A DNA stretch of 64,000 nt, taken from the NCBI GenBank assembly GCA_963740905.1, contig CAVUFY010000011.1:124926-188925 (forward strand). The letters run 5' to 3'. Below the pieces are notes generated by a model, which was not told the DNA's origin, did not search any database, and saw only the letters and a program-made list of their open reading frames with translations. The DNA comes from an uncultured delta proteobacterium. GTDB lineage: Bacteria > Desulfobacterota > DSM-4660 > Desulfatiglandales > HGW-15. Shown here piece after piece: positions 29,745-38,409 of this stretch. The position numbers and the translations under genes were made by a program. Every line of letters begins with the position of its first letter. Position 1 is the stretch's first letter.

Positions 29745-31193
29745 ATGCTGGATTATGATTTTGATATCGGAATCTTGGGAGGAGGGTCGGGAGGTTTGAC
29801 GGTGGCGGCGGGAGCCGCTCAGCTGGGGGCCAAAACCCTGCTCATGGAGAAGGAAAAGCTGGGAGGGGACTGTCTGTATTTCGGCTGCGTCCCTAGCAAA
29901 ACCCTGATCCAAACCGCCCATGTCTACCATCTTATGAAAAATGCCAGGAAGTTCGGGCTTCCCGCGGTGGAAGTCAAGCCGATCGACTTCCGTGAGGTGG
30001 CCGCAAGAATTCAGTCGGTCATCCAAATCATTGAGAAGTATGACTCCGAGGAAAGGTTCTGTAAACTTGGAGTCAAAGTTGAATTCGGGAAGCCGGCCTT
30101 TGTGGATGAGCATTCCATCCGGCTGGAAGGGAAAACTTTTTCCGCCAAGAACTGGGTCATTGCCACTGGCTCTTCCCCCTCCGTTCCACCGGTAACCGGT
30201 TTGGACCAAACTCCTCACATCACCAACAAGGAAATGTATTCCTTCGAAAGATTACCGAAGTCCATGGTGATCCTTGGAGCCGGTCCGGTTGCCACGGAAA
30301 TGGCCCAGACTTTCAGTCGTCTGGGGACCGAGGTCAAGGTGATACAGCGCAGCGGCCAAATTCTGAGCAATGAAGACAAGGATATGGCTGATCAGGTCAT
30401 GAAGGTCTTGCAGACTGAAGGGGTCGAGTTCCATCTCAACACCTCGGTGGTGAGCACGAAGGATTTGGGGGACCGGAGAGAAATCGTGATTAAAAAGGGA
30501 GACGGACAAACTATTGCTCTTCATGCGGAAGTCATCCTGGTAGCCATGGGAAGAGAGGCTAACCTGAAAGGATTGAACCTGGAAGGGATCGGCATACCCT
30601 ATGATGACAAAGGCTTGAAGTTGGACCCGAGATTGAGAACGGTTCACAAACATATTTATGGAGCCGGCGATGTAACCGGAGCCTACCAGTTTACCCATGC
30701 GGCCGGATATGAGGGTTCCATCGTAGTCACTAATGCCATTTTCCATCTCCCCCGAAAGGTGAATTATACCTTCCTCCCCTGGTGTACCTTTACCGACCCG
30801 GAACTGGCAAGCATCGGGATGAACGAGAAAAGAGCCAAGGCCGAGGGCGTCGAATATGACGTATGGGTAGAAGAGTTTAAGGGCAACGACCGGAGCCTCG
30901 CCGAGGGGGAAGAGGTTGGAAAAATCAAAATGATCCTGGATAAGAAAGGAAATCCCATCGGCGTTCAGATTCTCGGCCCCCGGGCCGGGGACCTGGTGAG
31001 CGAGTGGGTTGCAGCCTTGAATGGGAACGTCAAACCCAGGACTCTGGCCGCCGCTGTACATCCCTATCCGACCCTGGGAGAGATCAATAAGAAAGTGGCC
31101 GGGACCTATCTCTCCAGTAAACTCTTCTCGGAACGAATCAGGAAAGGTCTTCATTTCTTCTTCGACCTGAAGGGTAGAGCTTGCGGAGGGTGA
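29745..31193 (+). CDS. Class I FAD-dependent pyridine nucleotide-disulfide oxidoreductase (mercuric reductase/dihydrolipoamide dehydrogenase-like)
   Basis: GILGGGSGG is the FAD site and GGDCLYFGCVPSK is the redox-active CxxxxC. The second Rossmann motif is ILGAGPVATE. The C-terminal dimerisation-domain block is HPYPTLGE. It lacks the MerA NmerA domain and the CC tail. Confidence 0.85.
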   Translation: MLDYDFDIGILGGGSGGLTVAAGAAQLGAKTLLMEKEKLGGDCLYFGCVPSKTLIQTAHVYHLMKNARKFGLPAVEVKPIDFREVAARIQSVIQIIEKYDSEERFCKLGVKVEFGKPAFVDEHSIRLEGKTFSAKNWVIATGSSPSVPPVTGLDQTPHITNKEMYSFERLPKSMVILGAGPVATEMAQTFSRLGTEVKVIQRSGQILSNEDKDMADQVMKVLQTEGVEFHLNTSVVSTKDLGDRREIVIKKGDGQTIALHAEVILVAMGREANLKGLNLEGIGIPYDDKGLKLDPRLRTVHKHIYGAGDVTGAYQFTHAAGYEGSIVVTNAIFHLPRKVNYTFLPWCTFTDPELASIGMNEKRAKAEGVEYDVWVEEFKGNDRSLAEGEEVGKIKMILDKKGNPIGVQILGPRAGDLVSEWVAALNGNVKPRTLAAAVHPYPTLGEINKKVAGTYLSSKLFSERIRKGLHFFFDLKGRACGG

Positions 31194-31282
31194 GCTTCTT
31201 GAAGAGGGAACAAGCCTTGCTAACGCACCACAGCTAAAGCAGTATCCCAATCTCCATCTCCGTGCCAAAATACTCCTATTGG

Positions 31283-31350
31283 TTCAGCTCACGTACGACA
31301 AAAGAACAACTTTAACCCTATTTACTGGTCCAACCGCTAGCCTTATTTTC
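31283..31350 (+). repeat. Repeat family R3, copy D (more divergent)
   Basis: CACGTACGACAAAAGAACAACTTTAACCCTATTTACTGGTCCAACCGCTAGCC. Confidence 0.55.
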
Positions 31351-31660
31351 CAACCAAAAAGGAAAAGGCGGGAATCCCATCAGTACGATCACGGCATCGT
31401 TAGACCCTTTCTCCGAATAGGCAGGCCACCGATTAATTGTTGGCACATACAGTATCTTTCCTCAAAAGATAGGGTCTTGAATGTATTTACTTCCAAGTCG
31501 GCGTGGGTATTCCTTTAGCGAAAGAGAGTCTTTATCAACTCCCTGCGCTCCTGCGGTAGCGGCGGAAGATCAACCCCATCGGTTTAAGAGTTAGCACGAG
31601 CTTGTATTTGTTTTCATCGACATCTAGTTCTTATTCTTATCATCTCGTCTGGAGGTCTCC

Positions 31661-32173
31661 ATGTCGAAAGAGAACCCCAAAGAACCAAGAGAAATAGGCG
31701 ATCGCTCCGATAGTGTGTCAGTCGTACTGCGCATCAACGGAAAAGAGCGGCGGCTTCGCATCGACCCGCGCACGACATTGCTGGATTGTCTGCGTGAGAC
31801 GATTGGTCTCACAGGCACGAAGAAGGGGTGCGATCACGGACAATGCGGCGCGTGCACGGTGCACGTCAATGGCAGGCGCGTGAATTCATGTCTTACTCTC
31901 GCGTTGATGCACGATGGAGATGAGATCACGACTATTGAGGGCCTGGGCACCCCGGACCAATTGCACTCAATGCAGGCGGCGTTCATCGCTCACGACGGAT
32001 ACCAGTGCGGATATTGCACATCAGGCCAGATCATGTCGGCGGTCGCACTGCTGAAAGAGCCGTGCGGTCCTGACGATACCGATGTGAAGGAGCTGATGAG
32101 CGGCAACATTTGTCGATGCGGGGCTTATCCCAATATCGTGGCCGCGATTCAAGAAGTTCGTAAAAAGCCTTGA
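31661..32173 (+). CDS. Molybdenum hydroxylase (xanthine dehydrogenase/aldehyde oxidoreductase family) small subunit, 2x[2Fe-2S]
   Basis: It carries CDHGQCGACTV and CGYCTSGQIM, CRCGAYPNI. Confidence 0.9.
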   Translation: MSKENPKEPREIGDRSDSVSVVLRINGKERRLRIDPRTTLLDCLRETIGLTGTKKGCDHGQCGACTVHVNGRRVNSCLTLALMHDGDEITTIEGLGTPDQLHSMQAAFIAHDGYQCGYCTSGQIMSAVALLKEPCGPDDTDVKELMSGNICRCGAYPNIVAAIQEVRKKP

Positions 32174-32212
32174 TCGGGGCGCCGCCCGCGAAGTGAAACA
32201 GGAGCTATCGAG

Positions 32213-33217
32213 ATGCATACATTTGAATTCATTCAGCGGAAGGATGCGCAGGCGGCGGTCGAGACAGCCGCCCGGGCCAGAACTGCGCAGCAGGGGGCTG
32301 ACATCCGGTTCCTTGCAGGTGGAACGACGCTCGTCGACCTGATGAAGCTGAACGTCGAAACGCCCGCGACGCTGATCGACATCAACCGATTACCGCTTGA
32401 CAAGATCCAAACGACGCCTGAAGGCGGGCTCAAGATCGGCGCTACCGTTCGAAATTCAGATCTCGCGCACCATCCGAAGGTGCAGCGGGATTATGCAGTG
32501 CTGTCGCAAGCCATTGTCTCAGGCGCATCTGCCCAGCTCCGAAATATGGCGACGACGGCCGGCAACCTGCTTCAGCGTACGCGATGCGTTTACTTCCGCG
32601 ACACTGCGATGCCTTGCAACAAACGCGAGCCCGGAGCAGGCTGCTCGGCCATCACCGGCAGTAATCGCACGCTCGCCGTCTTGGGCACGAGCGAGCACTG
32701 CATTGCAACCAACCCGTCAGACATGTGCGTGGCGATGGCGGTATTGGATGCGACAATTCACGTTCAAGGTCCGCCCCCCCGAGGCTCTCGTGCGATTTCG
32801 ATCGCCGACTTCCATTTCCTGCCCGGCAAAACACCGGAGCGCGAAACAGTGCTTGAGCCTGGCGATCTCATCACCCATGTGACGCTCCCTCCGCCCGTGG
32901 CCGGCAGCAGGCAACTCTATCTGAAGCTGCGCGACCGCGCCTCCTACGAGTTCGCGCTGGCCTCGGCGGCCGTAGTGATCACGGTAGAAGGAGGGAGGGT
33001 GACTTGGGCGCGCATCGCACTGGGCGGCGTGGGGACTAAGCCGTGGCGATCCCCCGAGGCCGAAGCCGTGCTCGCCGGCCAGGCAGTAAACCAGGCGACT
33101 TTTCGCAAGGCGGCAGAGGCGGCGTTGCGCTACGCTAAACCGCAGAGTGAGAATGGGTTCAAAATCGAGCTGGCTAAGCGCGGCCTCATCTACGCGCTTC
33201 AGACGGCGACGGCGTGA
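32213..33217 (+). CDS. Molybdenum hydroxylase FAD-binding medium subunit (CoxM/PaoB-like)
   Basis: FLAGGTTLVDLMK is the FAD_binding_5 motif. ATTAGNLLQRTRC includes the extra Cys cluster CVYFRD...C...C reminiscent of PaoB. Confidence 0.85.
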   Translation: MHTFEFIQRKDAQAAVETAARARTAQQGADIRFLAGGTTLVDLMKLNVETPATLIDINRLPLDKIQTTPEGGLKIGATVRNSDLAHHPKVQRDYAVLSQAIVSGASAQLRNMATTAGNLLQRTRCVYFRDTAMPCNKREPGAGCSAITGSNRTLAVLGTSEHCIATNPSDMCVAMAVLDATIHVQGPPPRGSRAISIADFHFLPGKTPERETVLEPGDLITHVTLPPPVAGSRQLYLKLRDRASYEFALASAAVVITVEGGRVTWARIALGGVGTKPWRSPEAEAVLAGQAVNQATFRKAAEAALRYAKPQSENGFKIELAKRGLIYALQTATA

Positions 33218-33235
33218 TTCATTTAAGGAGCGAAC

Positions 33236-35500
33236 ATGCCGACGACACAACAAATACAGACGACATCACCAATTGGTCGGAGCACGCCTCGCGTCGACGG
33301 CCCGTTGAAAGTGGCCGGCAAAGCGGAGTACACCTCCGACTTCCACTTTCCCGACATGCTGTATGCCGTCCCGGTCGAGGCGACGATCGCAAACGGCCTA
33401 GTTGTCAAACTCGACACGGCCGCGGCCGAGAAGATGGCCGGTGTGCGCGCGATCTTTCATCGCGAGAACATCGGAAAGATCTTCCGCTCGGTCCCGGAGC
33501 CGGGATTCGAAGGGATCTGCGAAGAGCGCCGCCCGCCTTTCGAGGATGATGTTGTTCGCTACTACGGCCAATACATCGCGCTCGCTGTGGCGGACACGTT
33601 CGAGACAGCCAAAGCGGCCGCGGCCGCGGTTCGCGTGACATACAAGAAGGAGAAGCCGAACGTCGCTACCGACCTCAAAAGCGACGACGATCCGGAAGTG
33701 GTTCTCGCCACATTCGGCCCGCAGAACCGATTAGAAAGCCGGCGCGGCGACGCCAGGGCTGCGTTCGCAGCCGCACCGGTCAAGATTGACCAAACCTATG
33801 TCACGCCGGCCCAGACTCACAACCCCATCGAGCTGCACGCCACGACCGCGATGTGGGATTCCCCATCGAACAATTTGACGCTGTACGATTCGACGCAGGG
33901 CGTCGTCAACCTGCGCAGCGTAGTTGCGCAAGTGTTCGGGTTGCCCAAGGAGAATGTCCGCGTCATCTCAAAGTTCCTGGGATCTGGCTTTGGCGGCAAG
34001 CTCTTTCCCTGGACGCATTGTGCGCTTGCCGCCGCGGCAGCGCGCCGGCTGGGCAAACCGGTCAAGCTCGTGCTCAGCCGCAAGATGATGTTCCAGACAG
34101 TCGGTCATCGGCCTCGCACCCAACAGCGAGTGCAGCTGGGTGCCACGCTCGACGGCCAGCTCGTCTCGCTTCAGCACGACTACGTCTACCACAGGTCGAT
34201 GCTTGATTACCACCATGAAGATTGCGGCGAGGCCACGGCGTACCAATACGGCGTGCCCAACCTTTGTGTTACGTTCGGCCGAGCCAAAAGGAACATCGGC
34301 GCCGCGACAGACATGCGCGGCCCCGGCGCCATACCCGGGCTTTACGCGACCGAGTCGGCGATCAACGAGCTGGCCTATCAGCTCAAGATCGACCCCGTCA
34401 AACTGCGCGTCATCAACGAGCCGAAGATCGACGAGGGGCTGGGGCTTCCGTTCTCATCGCGCCATTTGCTCGAGTGCTTTAAATTGGGCGCGAAGAAGTT
34501 CGGCTGGTCCGCTCGCACGCCGGAAATTGGATTGATGAAGCGCAACGGTTTGACGCTGGGCTGGGGAATGGCGGGATGCTCGTGGATTGCCGCAAGGTTT
34601 CCCGCCGAGGCAAGCGTTCAGCTCCGCAACGACGGCACGGCTCGCGTCGCATGCGCCACACAGGACATCGGCACCGGCACGTACACGATCCTCGCGCAGC
34701 TCGCCTCCCAGAAGACCGGTGTACCGCTCGACAAGGTCGAGGTCGCGCTCGGCGACACGTCGCTACCGTCAGGGCCGATCTCGGGCGGTTCTATGGCGAC
34801 CGGGTCAGTAGCCCCTGCCGTCTTTGCGGCAGCCGACAAAGCGATAGCCTCGCTGCTGAATATCGCAGCGACGACGCCGGGTTCGCCGTTCGAGAAACGC
34901 CTGCTAACGGATCTGGCGTTCGAGAATGGTCGCGTCTTTATGAAGGTGGAAGGTGCTGCGCACGGCGTGCCATTTGCGGATTTGCTCCGCCACGCCAACC
35001 TTCGAGTCGTCAACGGAAACGGCAAAGCCGAATCGACATTCGGTAATCCAAGACCGAAGTTCTCCACGCACTCGTTCGGCTGTCACTTTGTCGAGGTTAC
35101 CTGGCAGCAGGAGATAGCGCGGCTGCGGGTCAGTCGCGTTGTCACGGTCATGGACGCTGGCCGCATCGTGAACCCGCTGGCGGGCCGCAATCAGATCGAG
35201 GGCGCGGTTGCGATGGGAATCGGCATGGCGCTGCTGGAGCACACCACGTACGACCCACAGAACGGCGCGCCCATCAACAGCAATCTGGCCGACTACGTGA
35301 TGGCGGTGAACGCCGACTATCCCCAGATCGAGGTGTACTTCCTCGATTTCCCCGACAAGGAGATCAACGAGATCGGGGCGCGCGGCATCGGCGAGATCGG
35401 CTTGGCCGGCTTCGCCGCCGCTGTGACCGACGCCGTTCATCACGCCACCGGCGTCCGCGTGCGCGAGCTGCCAATCAAGATTGAGGATCTACTCGTCTGA
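33236..35500 (+). CDS. Molybdenum hydroxylase large molybdopterin-binding subunit (CoxL/PaoC-like)
   Basis: It carries GRSTPRVDGPLKVAGKAEYTSD, GSGFGGK, QDIGTGTYT, GIGEIG, and is 754 aa long. Confidence 0.9.
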   Translation: MPTTQQIQTTSPIGRSTPRVDGPLKVAGKAEYTSDFHFPDMLYAVPVEATIANGLVVKLDTAAAEKMAGVRAIFHRENIGKIFRSVPEPGFEGICEERRPPFEDDVVRYYGQYIALAVADTFETAKAAAAAVRVTYKKEKPNVATDLKSDDDPEVVLATFGPQNRLESRRGDARAAFAAAPVKIDQTYVTPAQTHNPIELHATTAMWDSPSNNLTLYDSTQGVVNLRSVVAQVFGLPKENVRVISKFLGSGFGGKLFPWTHCALAAAAARRLGKPVKLVLSRKMMFQTVGHRPRTQQRVQLGATLDGQLVSLQHDYVYHRSMLDYHHEDCGEATAYQYGVPNLCVTFGRAKRNIGAATDMRGPGAIPGLYATESAINELAYQLKIDPVKLRVINEPKIDEGLGLPFSSRHLLECFKLGAKKFGWSARTPEIGLMKRNGLTLGWGMAGCSWIAARFPAEASVQLRNDGTARVACATQDIGTGTYTILAQLASQKTGVPLDKVEVALGDTSLPSGPISGGSMATGSVAPAVFAAADKAIASLLNIAATTPGSPFEKRLLTDLAFENGRVFMKVEGAAHGVPFADLLRHANLRVVNGNGKAESTFGNPRPKFSTHSFGCHFVEVTWQQEIARLRVSRVVTVMDAGRIVNPLAGRNQIEGAVAMGIGMALLEHTTYDPQNGAPINSNLADYVMAVNADYPQIEVYFLDFPDKEINEIGARGIGEIGLAGFAAAVTDAVHHATGVRVRELPIKIEDLLV

Positions 35501-35507
35501 CTTGGAG

Positions 35508-35534
35508 CCCACGCAAACACTTTTGAACGATACC
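35508..35534 (+). repeat. Solo copy of the R1 terminal motif
   Basis: CCCACGCAAACACTTTTGAACGATACC shares a 15-nt identical block GCAAACACTTTTGAA with 803-817. It lies 8 nt after the stop of the large subunit gene. Confidence 0.5.
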
Positions 35535-35700
35535 GAGAGGTTAAACATGTTCGTAAGTCTAGGCGAACGTAATGCAGGGCCCGATGCCCGACCGGTGGGT
35601 GTTCTTGAGCAGGAGGGCATGACCATCTCTGCACCCAATTGATCAGCAGGGTGCCGCGCAAAGGGTGGGTGGCAGGCATCGTTTCATCCAGAGGCTCTGA

Positions 35701-36276
35701 ATGAGTAAGAACCGCATGGAAGCGTTTAGTGATGGTGTGCTCGCTATTATTATCACCATTATGATCTTAAACTTCTCAGTCCCGCATGCGGCTGATTTCG
35801 AATCATTGCGGAGATTACTTCCTACTTTTCTGAGCTACCTTCTGAGCTTCGTCTTTCTTGGCATTTATTGGAGCAACCACCATCATTTGCTTCAGTCAAT
35901 AAAGCAAGTTGACGGCCGGATTCTCTGGGCTAATCTCCATCTGCTTTTTTGGTTGTCCCTCACTCCTTTTGTTACAGGCTGGATAGGCGCGAGTCATTTT
36001 TCCGCGCTGCCGGTCGCGCTTTATGGTGCCGTGCTCCTTTTGGCAGCCATAGCGTACCTTATTCTCACCCGCACTCTCATCTCCTTGCATGGCAGGGAGT
36101 CGGTCCTGGCCACTGCAATGGGCCGGGACTTCAAGGGCAAGATATCCATCGTGATTTACGCCGCGGCGATCCCAATGGCCTTCTTTGGTCCCTTGTATTC
36201 CTGTTCCCTGTTCGTTCTTGTCGAAATCATGTGGCTTGTGCCGGATCGTCGCATCGAAAGGGTTTTGAAAGAGTAG
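35701..36276 (+). CDS. TMEM175/DUF1211-family potassium channel-like membrane protein
   Basis: The N-terminal hallmark is NRMEAFSDGVLAIIITIMIL. It has 6 TM segments. Confidence 0.8.
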   Translation: MSKNRMEAFSDGVLAIIITIMILNFSVPHAADFESLRRLLPTFLSYLLSFVFLGIYWSNHHHLLQSIKQVDGRILWANLHLLFWLSLTPFVTGWIGASHFSALPVALYGAVLLLAAIAYLILTRTLISLHGRESVLATAMGRDFKGKISIVIYAAAIPMAFFGPLYSCSLFVLVEIMWLVPDRRIERVLKE

Positions 36277-36524
36277 CTTGCTGACGGACGTTTGCATGAA
36301 CCTGCGATTGAAAAGTCGTTGTGCCTTTGCAACCGAAGGCAATGGAATTGGAAGCAATCCCCTACGCCCAACCATCTTGCTTCGTTTATTCAGCCAAGAA
36401 GGCTGGCCGCGTCCGGGAGGGTGTACGGTTGGACGGAGTTGGCCATCCGGTGCGAACCTGTAGAGGCCATGCACGGGTGGTAGGGCAGACTACTGTTTTC
36501 TGCCCTTTTTCTGCTTCAAAGATA

Positions 36525-36592
36525 CTTCGTCATTCCCGCCAAAATACTATTTTCACCCCATATACCTGTTCAAATCCGCCTTGTAGCTTCGG
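36525..36592 (+). repeat. Repeat family R3, copy E (divergent), 32 nt upstream of the OMF start
   Basis: CGTCATTCCCGCCAAAATACTATTTTCACCCCATATACCTGTTCAAATCCGCCTTGTAGC. Confidence 0.5.
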
Positions 36593-36623
36593 GGACGAGT
36601 AAGATTTCTCCAGGAGCCGCAGC

Positions 36624-38204
36624 ATGGCAAATCCTGACAAACTGTTTTCTGTCCTTTACGGTACTGCAGCCGTTGTAAGCGTAATGTTGTCCGGCTGCAT
36701 GGTCGGCCCCAACTTCGAGCGGCCAAATGTCACTGTTTCTCAAAACTGGATAGAGTCCGGCGATAAGAGGATCGACAATAGGGCCACGGACTACCGCAAC
36801 TGGTGGAAGACTTTCAACGACCCGGTGCTAGGCCTGCTTATTGACCGGGCATACCGCCAAAATCTCTCTCTTCAGATTGCCGGCATTCGTGTGATCGAGG
36901 CCCGCGCGCAACTTGGCATTGCCGTCGGCAACTTTTTTCCCCAGACGCAGGAGGCCAGCGGTTCTTTAGAGCATCAAAGATCGAGCAGTTCGTCGGCTCA
37001 GGCCTTTGGGCAGGTTGAATATAATCAGGATCAGATTGCAGTGAGCGCCAGTTGGGAACTGGATTTCTGGGGAAAATTCAGGCGAAGCATACAGTCGGCC
37101 GGCGCCTCATGGCTTGCGACAGCGGCCGATTACGACAACGTCTTTGTGAGCCTTGTGGCCGATGTTGCCAACGGGTATATAAACGTCAGGACCCTCGAAA
37201 AGCGCATAGATATCGCCGGCCGGAACGTGGAAACCCAGAAAGCGAGCCTGAAGATTGCCGAAGCGCGGTTTCGTTACGGCACTGTCTCACAATTGGATGT
37301 GGAGCAGGCAAAAACAGAACTCAATAACACCCTGGCTTCCATTCCTTCGCTTAAATCCCAGTTGAGGCAGCAAAAAGACGCCCTTTGCGTATTGCTGGGC
37401 ATGGCGCCGAACGATCTAGCTGATATCCTCAATGGTCCTTCGGAAATTCCTGTCTCCCCGCCCGGGGTGGTGGTGGGCATCCCCGCGGATCTCCTTCGCC
37501 GGCGTCCGGACGTGCGCAGCGCTGAATACCAGGCGGCTGCCCAATCGGCCCGGATCGGCGTGGCCAAAGCCGACCTTTATCCCGCCTTCTCTTTAATTGG
37601 AGAGTTCGGTTTTCTTTCAAGCAATGCCGGGAATTCAAACCTTGCCAATATCTTTGAGTGGAAGAGCCGCTTTTACCAGATCGGCCCCTCTTTGAGGTGG
37701 AATATTTTCAATTACGGCCAGATAACGAACAATGTTCGATTACAGGATGCCAAGCTACAGGAACTGCTTCTCGCCTATCAGAATACCGTTTTGACCGCCC
37801 AACAGGATGTGGAGGACAACCTGGCTGCCTTTCTCAAGTCTCAGGAACGCGCCGATTACCTGGCCAAAAGCACCCAAGCCGCAAAAAGCGCTCTCGACCT
37901 GGCGATCAAGCAGTATCGCCAGGGCACAAAGGATTTTACAACCGTACTGAGCGCGCAGCAGTCCCTACTGAGCGAACAGGACAGCCTGGCTTCCACGTTG
38001 GGCAACATCTCTCTAGGGCTTGTGGGAGTTTACAGGGCGATTGGCGGCGGCTGGGAATTACGCGAGGGTAAGGACCTGGTATCACCGGCCGTAATAGAGG
38101 AAATGAAAGGACGAACCAACTGGGGCGGGTTGCTGGCGCCTGCGTCATATAATCCGCAAATTACGGAAAAACCCAGTTCCTCAGTCAGGGCGCCGGATTG
38201 GTAA
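36624..38204 (+). CDS. RND efflux outer-membrane factor lipoprotein, NodT family
   Basis: The lipobox is MLSGC followed by MVGPNF. It carries WELDFWGKFRR, and two OEP repeats. Confidence 0.9.
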   Translation: MANPDKLFSVLYGTAAVVSVMLSGCMVGPNFERPNVTVSQNWIESGDKRIDNRATDYRNWWKTFNDPVLGLLIDRAYRQNLSLQIAGIRVIEARAQLGIAVGNFFPQTQEASGSLEHQRSSSSSAQAFGQVEYNQDQIAVSASWELDFWGKFRRSIQSAGASWLATAADYDNVFVSLVADVANGYINVRTLEKRIDIAGRNVETQKASLKIAEARFRYGTVSQLDVEQAKTELNNTLASIPSLKSQLRQQKDALCVLLGMAPNDLADILNGPSEIPVSPPGVVVGIPADLLRRRPDVRSAEYQAAAQSARIGVAKADLYPAFSLIGEFGFLSSNAGNSNLANIFEWKSRFYQIGPSLRWNIFNYGQITNNVRLQDAKLQELLLAYQNTVLTAQQDVEDNLAAFLKSQERADYLAKSTQAAKSALDLAIKQYRQGTKDFTTVLSAQQSLLSEQDSLASTLGNISLGLVGVYRAIGGGWELREGKDLVSPAVIEEMKGRTNWGGLLAPASYNPQITEKPSSSVRAPDW

Positions 38205-38230
38205 GTGGGCTTTAGCATCAATGGCGGTGG

Positions 38231-38355
38231 CAGGCTGCTGAAGACGCCCATCTGCGGCGTTACCCTCATTCCCCGTCATTGCGGCGTACTTCTATGTACG
38301 CCTCATTCCTGGGAATTTCGGGTGCCTTGCATCTGGACATTTTTCAGCGGCCTGC
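38231..38355 (+). repeat. Repeat family R2, copy b (between the OMF and adaptor genes)
   Basis: GCAGGCTGCTGAAGACGCCCATCTGCGGCGTTACCCTCATT...GGCGTACTTCTATGTACGCC...GGACATTTTTCAGCGGCCTGC is the reverse complement of copy a. It starts 27 nt after the OMF stop. Confidence 0.75.
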
Positions 38356-38409
38356 TCAGCCTATATTTTTCAGCAATTAGCGGAAAGGCATAAGCGCGAG
38401 GGCAAATCA

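Noticed and set aside
31181-31199. The flavoprotein ends ...R-A-C-G-G-TGA-A-S-TGA. This is reminiscent of the C-terminal GC-U-G redox tail of large thioredoxin reductases and could be a second Sec site (CGGU).
   Set aside because: I could find no convincing hairpin at the right distance downstream of this TGA. Only a helix enclosing the codon is present (GCTTG/CAAGC). The read-through extension would be only 2 residues. A normal stop is most parsimonious, but it is worth a bSECISearch run.
30252-31268. A 338-aa minus-strand ORF.
   Set aside because: It is fully antisense to the CxxxxC flavoprotein gene, which has all the expected motifs. There is no RBS or motif support.
36568-36577. GTTCAAATCC, a tRNA T-loop-like string inside R3 copy E. 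Related strings GTTCAATTCC and GTCCAAAT occur in the other copies.
   Set aside because: The flanks do not form T-stem, acceptor or anticodon arms. I could not build a cloverleaf in any copy.
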